DNA from: Rhodospirillaceae bacterium
GTDB taxonomy: Bacteria > Pseudomonadota > Alphaproteobacteria > GCA-2731375
Assembly (NCBI GenBank): GCA_018660265.1
Contig: JABJKS010000084.1
Location: 14,036 to 78,035 of the forward strand
Reading direction: 5' to 3'
Length of the DNA stretch: 64,000 bases
Part shown: one piece after another, positions 38,999-46,771 of the stretch
How positions within the stretch are numbered: the first letter of the stretch is position 1
Layout of the letters: every line of letters starts with the position of its first letter
Program-made: the position numbers and the translations under genes
Notes under the pieces: generated by a model
Told to the model about the DNA's origin: nothing
The model's input: the letters and a program-made list of their open reading frames with translations, nothing else
Database searches by the model: none

Positions 38999-40426
38999 AT
39001 GGCGAAATATGATTATGATTTGATTTGCATCGGTAGCGGGCCGGCAGGCCAGCGAGCCGCCGTGCAAAGCGCCAAGCTGGGCAAACGTGTCGCTATCATC
39101 GAGCAGGAAAGTGTCGTCGGCGGCGTCAGTCTGCATACGGGCACCATACCATCCAAGACTTTCCGTGAAGCGGTCCTGACCTTCGGGCGCGGCGGGCGAC
39201 GAGCCTCAGACATGCGGCGGCGATCAAGCGACAACGGGAACGGCAATGGCGGGGTCAGCCAAAAAGCGGTTACGGCCTCCCAGCTATTCGAACGGGTCGG
39301 CAATATCGTGGGGCGGGAAGAGCAGGTGCAAGACGCCCAACTAGGCCGCAACAATGTTGATGTTATCGTCGGCACGGCAGCATTCGCCAGCCCCCATGAA
39401 CTGGTTATCAAATCCTCCCATGGTGAACGCAAGGCAACAGCTGCCAACATCATGGTTGCCGTTGGCACCCGACCAACCACCCCCTCAAACACAATACTTG
39501 ATGGTGATCGGGTCATTACCTCGGACGAAATATTCTCCCTGACTGAGTTGCCCCATTCAATGGTGGTTATTGGCTGCGGTGTTGTGGGTATCGAATACGC
39601 CTCAATGTTTGCCTTGATGGGCGTTGAGGTCACGGTAGTCGATGGCCGGAATACGCCATTGGAATTCCTGGATCGCGAGATTGTCGACGAACTGGTCCAC
39701 CAGATGCGGGATATCAACGTGGTATTCCGACTGGGCGAAACCGTGGCCAAGGTTGAAACCCGTGAAAATTCCAGGCGGCGGGTTGTGGTCTCACTCGAAT
39801 CCGGCAAACGACTGGTCGCGGACCTGGCCCTGATCTGTGCCGGACGGGCCGGCAACACCAATTCTCTGAACCTCAAGGCCGCGAAACTGAAAGCCGATGA
39901 TCGTGGACGCCTGATTGTAGATGAAACGTTCCGCACCCAGCAAAAGCATATCTTCGCCGCCGGCGATGTTATCGGCTTCCCGGCTCTTGCCGCCACATCG
40001 TCCGAACAAGGCCGTCTGGCCGCCTGCAACGCCTTTGGTGTAAAGGTTGGGCCGATGCCAACAAATTTCCCAGTTGGTATCTATTCTATCCCGGAAATTT
40101 CCATGGTTGGCGAGGCCGAGCATGAACTGACCGCGAAAAAGATCCCCTATGAAGTGGGCATCGCCCGTTTTCGCGAGATCGCCCGGGGCCAGATCCTGGG
40201 CGATGATACGGGCCTGCTGAAAATGATCTTTCATCGTGATGATCATAGTCTGCTTGGTGTTCACACCATCGGCACGGGCGCGACGGAGTTGATCCATATC
40301 GGGCAATGCGTCATGGGCCTGGGCGGGGGGCTGGAATATTTCCTGCAGACCGTCTTCAACTACCCAACCTTGGCCGAGTGTTACAAGGTTGCCGCCCTGG
40401 ATGCCTATAACAAGTTGACCCTTTAA
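38999..40426 (+). CDS. sthA: Soluble pyridine nucleotide transhydrogenase (Si-specific NAD(P)+ transhydrogenase)
   Basis: N-terminal YDYDLICIGSGPAG...GGVSLHTGTIPSK and C-terminal NYPTLAECYKVAALDAYNKL match the SthA/UdhA subfamily of the pyridine nucleotide-disulfide oxidoreductase family. Confidence 0.85.
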   Translation: MAKYDYDLICIGSGPAGQRAAVQSAKLGKRVAIIEQESVVGGVSLHTGTIPSKTFREAVLTFGRGGRRASDMRRRSSDNGNGNGGVSQKAVTASQLFERVGNIVGREEQVQDAQLGRNNVDVIVGTAAFASPHELVIKSSHGERKATAANIMVAVGTRPTTPSNTILDGDRVITSDEIFSLTELPHSMVVIGCGVVGIEYASMFALMGVEVTVVDGRNTPLEFLDREIVDELVHQMRDINVVFRLGETVAKVETRENSRRRVVVSLESGKRLVADLALICAGRAGNTNSLNLKAAKLKADDRGRLIVDETFRTQQKHIFAAGDVIGFPALAATSSEQGRLAACNAFGVKVGPMPTNFPVGIYSIPEISMVGEAEHELTAKKIPYEVGIARFREIARGQILGDDTGLLKMIFHRDDHSLLGVHTIGTGATELIHIGQCVMGLGGGLEYFLQTVFNYPTLAECYKVAALDAYNKLTL

Positions 40427-40620
40427 GTGATATTGTTTTTCACTGGCAACTGCCAGATCCCGACAAGACTGCGAATGCGTCGCGCGATCAAATGCCTTGT
40501 TTTAGTCGCAGCAGGATAGGTACCATACGCCTTGCATTCACAAGTTCGAAAGACTACGGGCCGACAATTGCCGGCCGGCCCGATCCGCCAAATGAACAGA
40601 GGGATATTCCGGGAACAGTT

Positions 40621-40992
40621 ATGACGACACGAATTTTGGTCATAGACGATGATGAACTGGTGCGGGCGACCTTAACGCGCATATTGCTCGCAGCGGACTT
40701 CGAAGTACTTGAGGCAACGGACGGGAAAAACGGTTTGCAGAAGTACCAGGAAGGCAACATCGATTTGGTGATAACCGATATTTTGATGCCTGTTATGGAG
40801 GGTGTGGAAACCATTCGGGAATTGCGCCGGGTAGATGCAGACGCCAAAATCATCGCCATCTCCGGCGGTGATCGCACCGGCAATATGAACTACTTGGAAC
40901 TGGCCGGAAAATTAGGCGCGGACGGCATCCTTGCCAAACCGATCCTTCGCCAGGACCTGATGACCAAAATTGAAGCCATCCTGGGTACCTAA
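40621..40992 (+). CDS. Stand-alone response regulator receiver domain (CheY-like)
   Basis: ILVIDDDELV...DLVITDILMP...K (phospho-acceptor Asp, Thr and Lys positions all present). No output domain. Confidence 0.8.
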   Translation: MTTRILVIDDDELVRATLTRILLAADFEVLEATDGKNGLQKYQEGNIDLVITDILMPVMEGVETIRELRRVDADAKIIAISGGDRTGNMNYLELAGKLGADGILAKPILRQDLMTKIEAILGT

Positions 40993-41018
40993 CGGTCAAA
41001 ACAATAAGGCAATTCTGA

Positions 41019-42317
41019 ATGCGCTTCTTCGTCGTCGTCTCGATCATTCTCGTGCTGTTGGCAGCGCCAATCGTTTTCGGCCTTTTGGCGCTGCAGTCTT
41101 TTCCAAACGTGGAAACACCGCGAACCGTAAAGGCCGCCAATGCCCAGCAGGCAAAAGCCGTTCTGAAACGATTTCGCGATGCCTTTAAGACAAACACACA
41201 GCAAAGAAAAATTTCAGTTTCCGAAGACGAGTTGAACTCGGTCATGCTGTTTGCCGCCCGCGCCATTCCCTCTTTTCGCGGTGATGCGGCCGTCGCCCCG
41301 TCGGCGATCCGACTGGCAGCATCCCTAAAGCCACCGCGTTTACCGGGTGGTAAGTGGCTCAACCTCAATGTGACGGTCCAGCCATCCCGCCAGGGATTGG
41401 AGATTGCCGCCATTCGTCTGGGCCGATTTGATTTGCCGCCACAACTGGTGCGCCCGCTTCTGACCTTTGCCATGGACATGGCGTTGGGTGACGACCTGGG
41501 CACCCTGGCCGTCGATGGCGTGAGCGAAGTATCCGTGCGGAAGCGAACGGTGGTCATCGGGCTCAATATTTCTCCACGAATCCGCGAAACACTTCTGGCC
41601 CGCTCCAAAAGCCGGCTGCGTACGGATAGTGGCTTTGGCAACGAGGCGGAGGTTCGCGGCTATCTGGCGGCAATACATGATGCCGCCGTTGCCGGGCAAC
41701 TGCCACGAAAGGGCTCTTTCACGCCTTATCTGCGTTTTGCCTTTGACCGGGCACAAAAACGCGGATTGGGTGGCGATAGCGCCGTCGAAATGCGCTCGGC
41801 CACCCTGGCGCTGGCAATCTATTGCGGCCTGCGGAAGCTTGAGATCCTGGTTGGAAAGGTCGTGCCAGAGGGGCTGAAGATTCAAAATAGCCACTGCCGG
41901 TCCGTGACCTTGGGCGGGCGGGGTGATCTGCGCCAGCATTTCATTGTATCGGCCGTGCTGAAGATGGCCTCGGACAGGGGCATGGCATTCGCCATTGGTG
42001 AATTCAAGGAACTGCTTGATGCCAATAAGGGCGGCAGTGGTTTCAGTTTTGACGATGTGGCCGCCGATCTTGCCGGCATTCGTTTCGCCACGACCCTGTT
42101 CGCGCAGAATAACGGCGGCGGCGGGGTGCAGCCGGAATTGCTGCAAATGATGGGCCGGGAGAAGGCGGTCTTCCCGAAAATCACCGACTTGCCTTCAAGG
42201 ATGCCGGAAAAAGAGTTCACCCGACGTTTCGGCGGCGTGGACACCCCCGCCTACGTGGCGATGATAAGAAAGATCGAGCAGCGCATCGATGTTTTGCCAT
42301 TCAACGTGGTTCAATAA
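41019..42317 (+). CDS. Hypothetical membrane-anchored protein (one N-terminal TM helix, ~400-aa soluble domain of unknown function)
   Basis: The N-terminal FFVVVSIILVLLAAPIVFGLLAL TM segment starts 27 nt after the receiver gene. No recognisable motif. A 268-aa antisense ORF also exists, but the plus-strand frame is longer and is the likelier coding frame. Confidence 0.5.
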   Translation: MRFFVVVSIILVLLAAPIVFGLLALQSFPNVETPRTVKAANAQQAKAVLKRFRDAFKTNTQQRKISVSEDELNSVMLFAARAIPSFRGDAAVAPSAIRLAASLKPPRLPGGKWLNLNVTVQPSRQGLEIAAIRLGRFDLPPQLVRPLLTFAMDMALGDDLGTLAVDGVSEVSVRKRTVVIGLNISPRIRETLLARSKSRLRTDSGFGNEAEVRGYLAAIHDAAVAGQLPRKGSFTPYLRFAFDRAQKRGLGGDSAVEMRSATLALAIYCGLRKLEILVGKVVPEGLKIQNSHCRSVTLGGRGDLRQHFIVSAVLKMASDRGMAFAIGEFKELLDANKGGSGFSFDDVAADLAGIRFATTLFAQNNGGGGVQPELLQMMGREKAVFPKITDLPSRMPEKEFTRRFGGVDTPAYVAMIRKIEQRIDVLPFNVVQ

Positions 42318-42347
42318 TATAGTCGGCCAAACGCCTTTGGTCGCCCA

Positions 42348-42372
42348 GAGCATGTTTATTCAAAACATGCTC
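42348..42372. promoter_or_regulatory. Perfect 10-bp inverted repeat with a 5-nt spacer between the hypothetical gene and paaI-prpE
   Basis: The inverted repeat gagcatgttt-attca-aaacatgctc lies 31 nt after the stop of the 41019..42317 gene and ~90 nt upstream of paaI. AT-rich, operator-like or terminator-like. Confidence 0.5.
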
Positions 42373-42462
42373 AAATTCTAAAGAAAAGGAGCAATCGAAC
42401 CAATCACTTGGGTCGCGAAAGCGACTCCAATTAATTCAAAATTGCTCTAGTTAGGTTCATTT

Positions 42463-42936
42463 ATGTCATTCGAAGCGTACGACGCCCCGCCTGGGTTTTA
42501 TCCATGGGAGGCGGAGCGGTATTACTACGGCACCGTGGGCCCGCTATTCCTGCGAAACCTTGGCAACAAGGTGGAATTCGGCTTCCGTTGCGGTGACAAA
42601 CACGTCAACGCGGCAAAAATCTGCCATGGCGGCATGTTGTTCACATTGATGGATATCGAATTGGGCTTTAACGCCAATGTGGAAACCGGGATCACGGGTT
42701 TTTTGGTCACGGTCAGCATGACCTCTGACTTCGTGGCCTCGGTGATGCAGGGACAGTGGGTTGAGGCCCATGCCAGTGTGGTCAAGCAGACACGCAGTCT
42801 GGTCTTTGCAGAAGGCCGCCTGTTCGCCGATGGGGAAATCGTGCTGCGGGCCAATGCGGTTCTAAAGGTGCCAAGGAACCTCGACGATTTCGATCTCGCC
42901 GCAAGCCTGCCGCCACTTTACGTGCCAGAGGACTAA
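42463..42936 (+). CDS. PaaI-family hot-dog thioesterase
   Basis: The motif HGGMLFTLMD...G marks the PaaI/YbgC-type 4HBT fold. Confidence 0.75.
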   Translation: MSFEAYDAPPGFYPWEAERYYYGTVGPLFLRNLGNKVEFGFRCGDKHVNAAKICHGGMLFTLMDIELGFNANVETGITGFLVTVSMTSDFVASVMQGQWVEAHASVVKQTRSLVFAEGRLFADGEIVLRANAVLKVPRNLDDFDLAASLPPLYVPED

Positions 42937-43134
42937 GAGCCAGAGATCTAAAAGCCTGAGGCCCAGGGGCCTGAGGATTAATAGTCCGAGGGCTGACGGG
43001 GTCGGATGCAAGCCCGCCAACGCCTCTACCCGAAGCGCTTCTGCGACAATTGGCGATACTGTCATGACATCTCTCATGTGAGGCTTCATAATGACGGACG
43101 CAATAATCACGCCCCGAACGACAGGATAAAAATC

Positions 43135-45030
43135 ATGGCCAATGGATACGATGCGACCTACGCCGCCTGGCAAAATGACCCGCAAGCATTCTGGGCTGAG
43201 GCGGCCCAGGCGATCCATTGGACAAAAACCTGGGATCGGGTTCTCGATGACGACAAGCCACCGTTTTACCGTTGGTTCCCAGGTGCCGAGACGAACACCT
43301 GTTATAACGCCGTGGATCGCCATGTGGAGGCTGGTCGCGGTGCGCAGGCGGCGATTATTTATGATTCCCCCGTTACCGACACCATCCGCACCACCACCTA
43401 TTCAGAGCTGCAGGCCGAAACCGCGCGATGCGCCGGCATGTTGCGGGGCCTGGGCGTGGAAAAGGGCGACCGGGTTATCATCTATATGCCCATGGTGACC
43501 GAAACCGCCATCGCCATGCTGGCCTGCGCCCGTATCGGCGCGGTGCATTCCGTGGTCTTTGGGGGTTTTGCCGCCAATGAACTGGCGACACGGATTGATG
43601 ATTCCGCACCAAAGGTGATCCTTTCAGCCTCCTGCGGGATCGAACCTGGGCGTGTCGTGCCATATAAACCCCTGCTCGACGGCGCAATTGAAATGTCCAG
43701 CCATACGCCGAACGCCTGCGTGATCCTGCAACGGGAAATGGAGACAGCCGAATTGATCCCCGGCCGGGACCACGATTGGGAGGAGGCCATGGCCGCAGCG
43801 CAACCGGCTGATTGCGTGCCCGTCAAGGCGACGGACCCGTTGTACATCCTCTATACCTCCGGCACCACGGGCATCCCGAAGGGCGTTGTCCGGGATAACG
43901 GCGGTCATTTGGTGGCCCTGAAATGGTCCATGAAGAATATCTATGACGTAGACCCCGGTGAAGTCTGGTGGTCGGCCTCTGACGTGGGCTGGGTGGTGGG
44001 CCATTCCTATATTGTCTATGCGCCGCTATTCCATGGTGCGACGACGATATTGTACGAGGGCAAGCCTGTGGGCACGCCCGATGCCGGTGTGTTCTGGCGG
44101 GTTATCCAGCAACACAAATGCGTCGCACTATTCACGGCACCGACCGCCTTTCGTGCCATCAGGCGGGAAGACCCTGACGGCGCATTGTTGAAGAACTACG
44201 ACCTGTCGAAATTTCGCACACTTTTCCTGGCCGGTGAACGGGCGGACCCGGACACCATCAAGTGGGCGGAACAGCAATTGCAGAAGCCGGTAATCGATCA
44301 TTGGTGGCAGACGGAAACCGGCTGGCCCATTGCCGCCAACTGCATGGGCCTCGGCCCCCTGCCCGTCAAATACGGTTCTCCCACCAAAGCAGTGCCCGGC
44401 TATGACGTTCGGGTGGTGGATGAAAGTTGTGTCGAGGTGCCGCGCGGTACCACCGGTGCCATCGTTGTTAAAATGCCCCTGCCGCCAGGCTGCCTGCCGA
44501 CCCTCTGGCAGGCCGATGATCGCTATGTGGAATCTTATATGGCGGAATTTCCCGGGCACTACAAAACCGCCGATGCGGGCTATCAGGATGAAGACGGCTA
44601 CCTCTACATCATGTCCCGCACCGACGACATCATCAACGTCGCCGGCCATCGTCTGTCCACAGGCGGGATGGAAGAGGTATTGTCCGGCCACGCAGATGTT
44701 GCCGAATGTGCCGTCGTCGGCGTTGCGGATCAGCTGAAGGGACAGGTGCCCGTGGGCTTTGTGGCCCTGAAAGCCGGCGTCGACCGTGATGAAGCCACCA
44801 TCTGTCAGGAATTGGTGGCTAAGGTTCGCGCGGAAATCGGCCCTGTTGCCGCCTTCAAGACCTGCACCGTCGTGGCCCGCCTGCCCAAAACCCGGTCCGG
44901 CAAGATTTTACGCGGCACCATTGGGTCTATCGCCGATGGTACTGAGTGGAAAATGCCCGCCACCATCGATGATCCGGTCATTCTGGATGAAATCACCGAA
45001 GCCCTGCGTGCCATAGGCTACGCGAAATGA
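43135..45030 (+). CDS. prpE: Propionate--CoA ligase / short-chain acyl-CoA synthetase (PrpE/Acs family)
   Basis: The N-terminal W...FW...W...W region is typical of Acs/PrpE. The AMP-binding motif is YTSGTTGIPKGV; there is a C-terminal Lys region. The start is assigned to MANGYDA at 43135. Confidence 0.8.
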   Translation: MANGYDATYAAWQNDPQAFWAEAAQAIHWTKTWDRVLDDDKPPFYRWFPGAETNTCYNAVDRHVEAGRGAQAAIIYDSPVTDTIRTTTYSELQAETARCAGMLRGLGVEKGDRVIIYMPMVTETAIAMLACARIGAVHSVVFGGFAANELATRIDDSAPKVILSASCGIEPGRVVPYKPLLDGAIEMSSHTPNACVILQREMETAELIPGRDHDWEEAMAAAQPADCVPVKATDPLYILYTSGTTGIPKGVVRDNGGHLVALKWSMKNIYDVDPGEVWWSASDVGWVVGHSYIVYAPLFHGATTILYEGKPVGTPDAGVFWRVIQQHKCVALFTAPTAFRAIRREDPDGALLKNYDLSKFRTLFLAGERADPDTIKWAEQQLQKPVIDHWWQTETGWPIAANCMGLGPLPVKYGSPTKAVPGYDVRVVDESCVEVPRGTTGAIVVKMPLPPGCLPTLWQADDRYVESYMAEFPGHYKTADAGYQDEDGYLYIMSRTDDIINVAGHRLSTGGMEEVLSGHADVAECAVVGVADQLKGQVPVGFVALKAGVDRDEATICQELVAKVRAEIGPVAAFKTCTVVARLPKTRSGKILRGTIGSIADGTEWKMPATIDDPVILDEITEALRAIGYAK

Positions 45031-45036
45031 TCTAAA

Positions 45037-45065
45037 GACACCGTGGCAGAGACTGCCACGGTGTC
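45037..45065 (+). terminator. Perfect 13-bp stem / 3-nt loop hairpin 7 nt after the prpE stop; no U-tract
   Basis: gacaccgtggcag-aga-ctgccacggtgtc, seen directly. The missing T-run lowers confidence in an intrinsic terminator. Confidence 0.45.
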
Positions 45066-45079
45066 CCGAGATTATCCGT

Positions 45080-45349
45080 TGGTGCAAGACAACCTCGTAC
45101 GATAGGCCGAAGCCTGCCGGTGCCTTATTCTGCCCACGGAAGCTGCCTTGGCAAGAGCAGCGAGTTTCTTTTTCTGCATAAATTTTAGACACTATTTTTT
45201 AATGCCTGTTTTTTGAGCGTGAACTGTTGTTGCCCAAATATCCGGCATATCACTATTTTCTATATATATTTCAACGACTTCATACCTGCATACGTGAAAC
45301 CTCCGAACTGGCACAGTGCTTGCAACCATTAGGGTGGTGCAAGACAACC
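45080..45349. repeat. Two identical 15-nt direct repeats (tggtgcaagacaacc) at 45080-45094 and 45335-45349, flanking the urtA sigma-54 promoter
   Basis: Exact 15/15 match, 255 nt apart; seen directly. Confidence 0.8.
45309..45324 (+). promoter_or_regulatory. Sigma-54 (-24/-12) promoter TGGCAC-N5-TTGCA upstream of urtA
   Basis: Exact match tggcacagtgcttgca to the RpoN consensus TGGCAC-N5-TTGCW, ending 44 nt before the urtA ATG. Confidence 0.65.
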
Positions 45350-45367
45350 CCTTATGGAGACGAACTC

Positions 45368-46660
45368 ATGATTAGCAGACGAAACGCCCTCAACACACTG
45401 GCTGCCGCCGCTTTGGCTGCCGGCATCGGCATCGGGGCCAGCCCGGTCCAGGCAGCCGAAGATACGATCAAGGTTGGGGTGCTACATTCCCTGTCCGGAA
45501 CCATGGCGATCTCAGAGACGACGTTGAAAGACTCGGTCCTGATGATGGTCGAAAATTTGAACAAAAGCGGCGGCCTGCTGGGCAAAAAGGTCGAGGCGGT
45601 GGTCGTCGACCCGGCCTCAAACTGGCCCCTGTTCGCGGAAAAGGCACGTGAGCTGATCCAGGTGAACAAGGTCGATGTGGTTTTCGGCTGCTGGACATCC
45701 GTTTCGCGGAAATCCGTGCTGCCGGTATTTGAAGAGCTGAACAGCATGCTGTTCTATCCGGTGCAATATGAAGGTGAAGAATCTTCCCGCAACGTGTTCT
45801 ACACCGGTGCCGCGCCAAACCAGCAGGCGATCCCGGCCGTGGAATATCTGATGAGCGAAGACGGCGGCGGGGCCAAACGGTTCGTGCTGTTGGGGACGGA
45901 CTATGTCTATCCCCGCACGACCAACAAAATCCTGCGTGCCTTCCTGCATGCCAAAGGCATTTCCGATGCGGATATCATGGAAGAATACACACCCTTCGGT
46001 CATTCCGATTGGCAGACCATTGTCGCGTCCGTGAAGAAATTTGCCTCCCAGGGCATTAAGACTGCCGTGGTCTCCACCATTAACGGTGACGCCAACGTGC
46101 CGTTCTATAAAGAATTGGGCAACCAGGGCATCAAGGCCGAGGACATCCCCGTCGTCGCCTTCTCGGTCGGTGAGGAAGAGCTTGCCGGTCTGGACACCAA
46201 GCCCCTGGTCGGTCACCTGGCCGCCTGGAACTACTTCATGTCCGTAGATGCGCCGGAGAACGATGCTTTCATCAAAACCTGGCAGGCCTATATCGGCAAC
46301 GACAAACGGGTCACCAACGACCCCATGGAAGCGACGTACATTGGCTTCAAAATGTGGGTTCAGGCCGTTAAGCAGGCCGGCACCACGGATGTTGATGCGG
46401 TACGCCAAGCCATGTATGGCCAAAAGGTTAGGAACCTGACCGGCGGCATGGCTGTCATGAACACCAATCATCATCTCTCCAAGCCTGTGTTGATCGGTGA
46501 AATTCAGGCCGACGGCCAGTTCGATGTGGTCTGGCAGACCGAAGGCGAAGTGATCGGCGATGCCTGGAGCGACTTCATCCCTGAAAGCGCGGCCCTGACG
46601 GCTGATTGGACCTACCCCTGGATCTGCGGCAACTGCAAAAAGCCAACGTTCACAAACTAA
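45368..46660 (+). CDS. urtA: Urea ABC transporter substrate-binding protein UrtA
   Basis: Tat/Sec-like signal peptide (MISRRNALNTLAAAALAAGIGIGASPVQA). The mature protein matches the UrtA-type branched-chain amino acid/amide binding fold. Confidence 0.9.
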   Translation: MISRRNALNTLAAAALAAGIGIGASPVQAAEDTIKVGVLHSLSGTMAISETTLKDSVLMMVENLNKSGGLLGKKVEAVVVDPASNWPLFAEKARELIQVNKVDVVFGCWTSVSRKSVLPVFEELNSMLFYPVQYEGEESSRNVFYTGAAPNQQAIPAVEYLMSEDGGGAKRFVLLGTDYVYPRTTNKILRAFLHAKGISDADIMEEYTPFGHSDWQTIVASVKKFASQGIKTAVVSTINGDANVPFYKELGNQGIKAEDIPVVAFSVGEEELAGLDTKPLVGHLAAWNYFMSVDAPENDAFIKTWQAYIGNDKRVTNDPMEATYIGFKMWVQAVKQAGTTDVDAVRQAMYGQKVRNLTGGMAVMNTNHHLSKPVLIGEIQADGQFDVVWQTEGEVIGDAWSDFIPESAALTADWTYPWICGNCKKPTFTN

Positions 46661-46696
46661 ACTTCTACGATCTTTACGATTTCTACGACCTCTATG

Positions 46697-46738
46697 GGGG
46701 AGGCGGCGCGAAGGTCCATCACGCCGCCTCCCCTTTTT
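46697..46738 (+). terminator. Rho-independent terminator/attenuator between urtA and urtB
   Basis: 12-bp GC-rich stem ggggaggcggcg / cgccgcctcccc, followed by ttttt. Confidence 0.65.
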
Positions 46739-46771
46739 ATCCATTCCGTTTGAAGTGTCAGGCCAAAGCAG

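Noticed and set aside
39150-39270. SthA low-complexity segment as a double frameshift
   Set aside because: Translating the two alternative frames over this stretch gives no sequence resembling the conserved SthA loop, and the annotated frame stays open with conserved blocks on both sides.
39013-40029. 338-aa minus-strand ORF
   Set aside because: Antisense to sthA; low-complexity Ser/Thr/Arg-rich translation. A high-GC artefact.
41340-42146. 268-aa minus-strand ORF overlapping the 432-aa hypothetical gene
   Set aside because: The plus-strand ORF is longer, begins with a clean TM helix, is spaced 27 nt after the co-oriented receiver gene and is followed by a terminator-like dyad. The minus-strand ORF has none of these features.
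45318-45349. Interpretation of the 15-nt repeat copy next to the promoter as a canonical NtrC dyad (TGCACCA-N3-TGGTGCA)
   Set aside because: The only partner half-site (ttgcaacc) is spaced ~4 nt too far and overlaps the -12 element. The repeat is therefore reported as an unexplained conserved 15-mer rather than as an NtrC site.
45617-46744. 375-aa minus-strand ORF
   Set aside because: Antisense to urtA, whose signal peptide and binding-protein homology are unambiguous.
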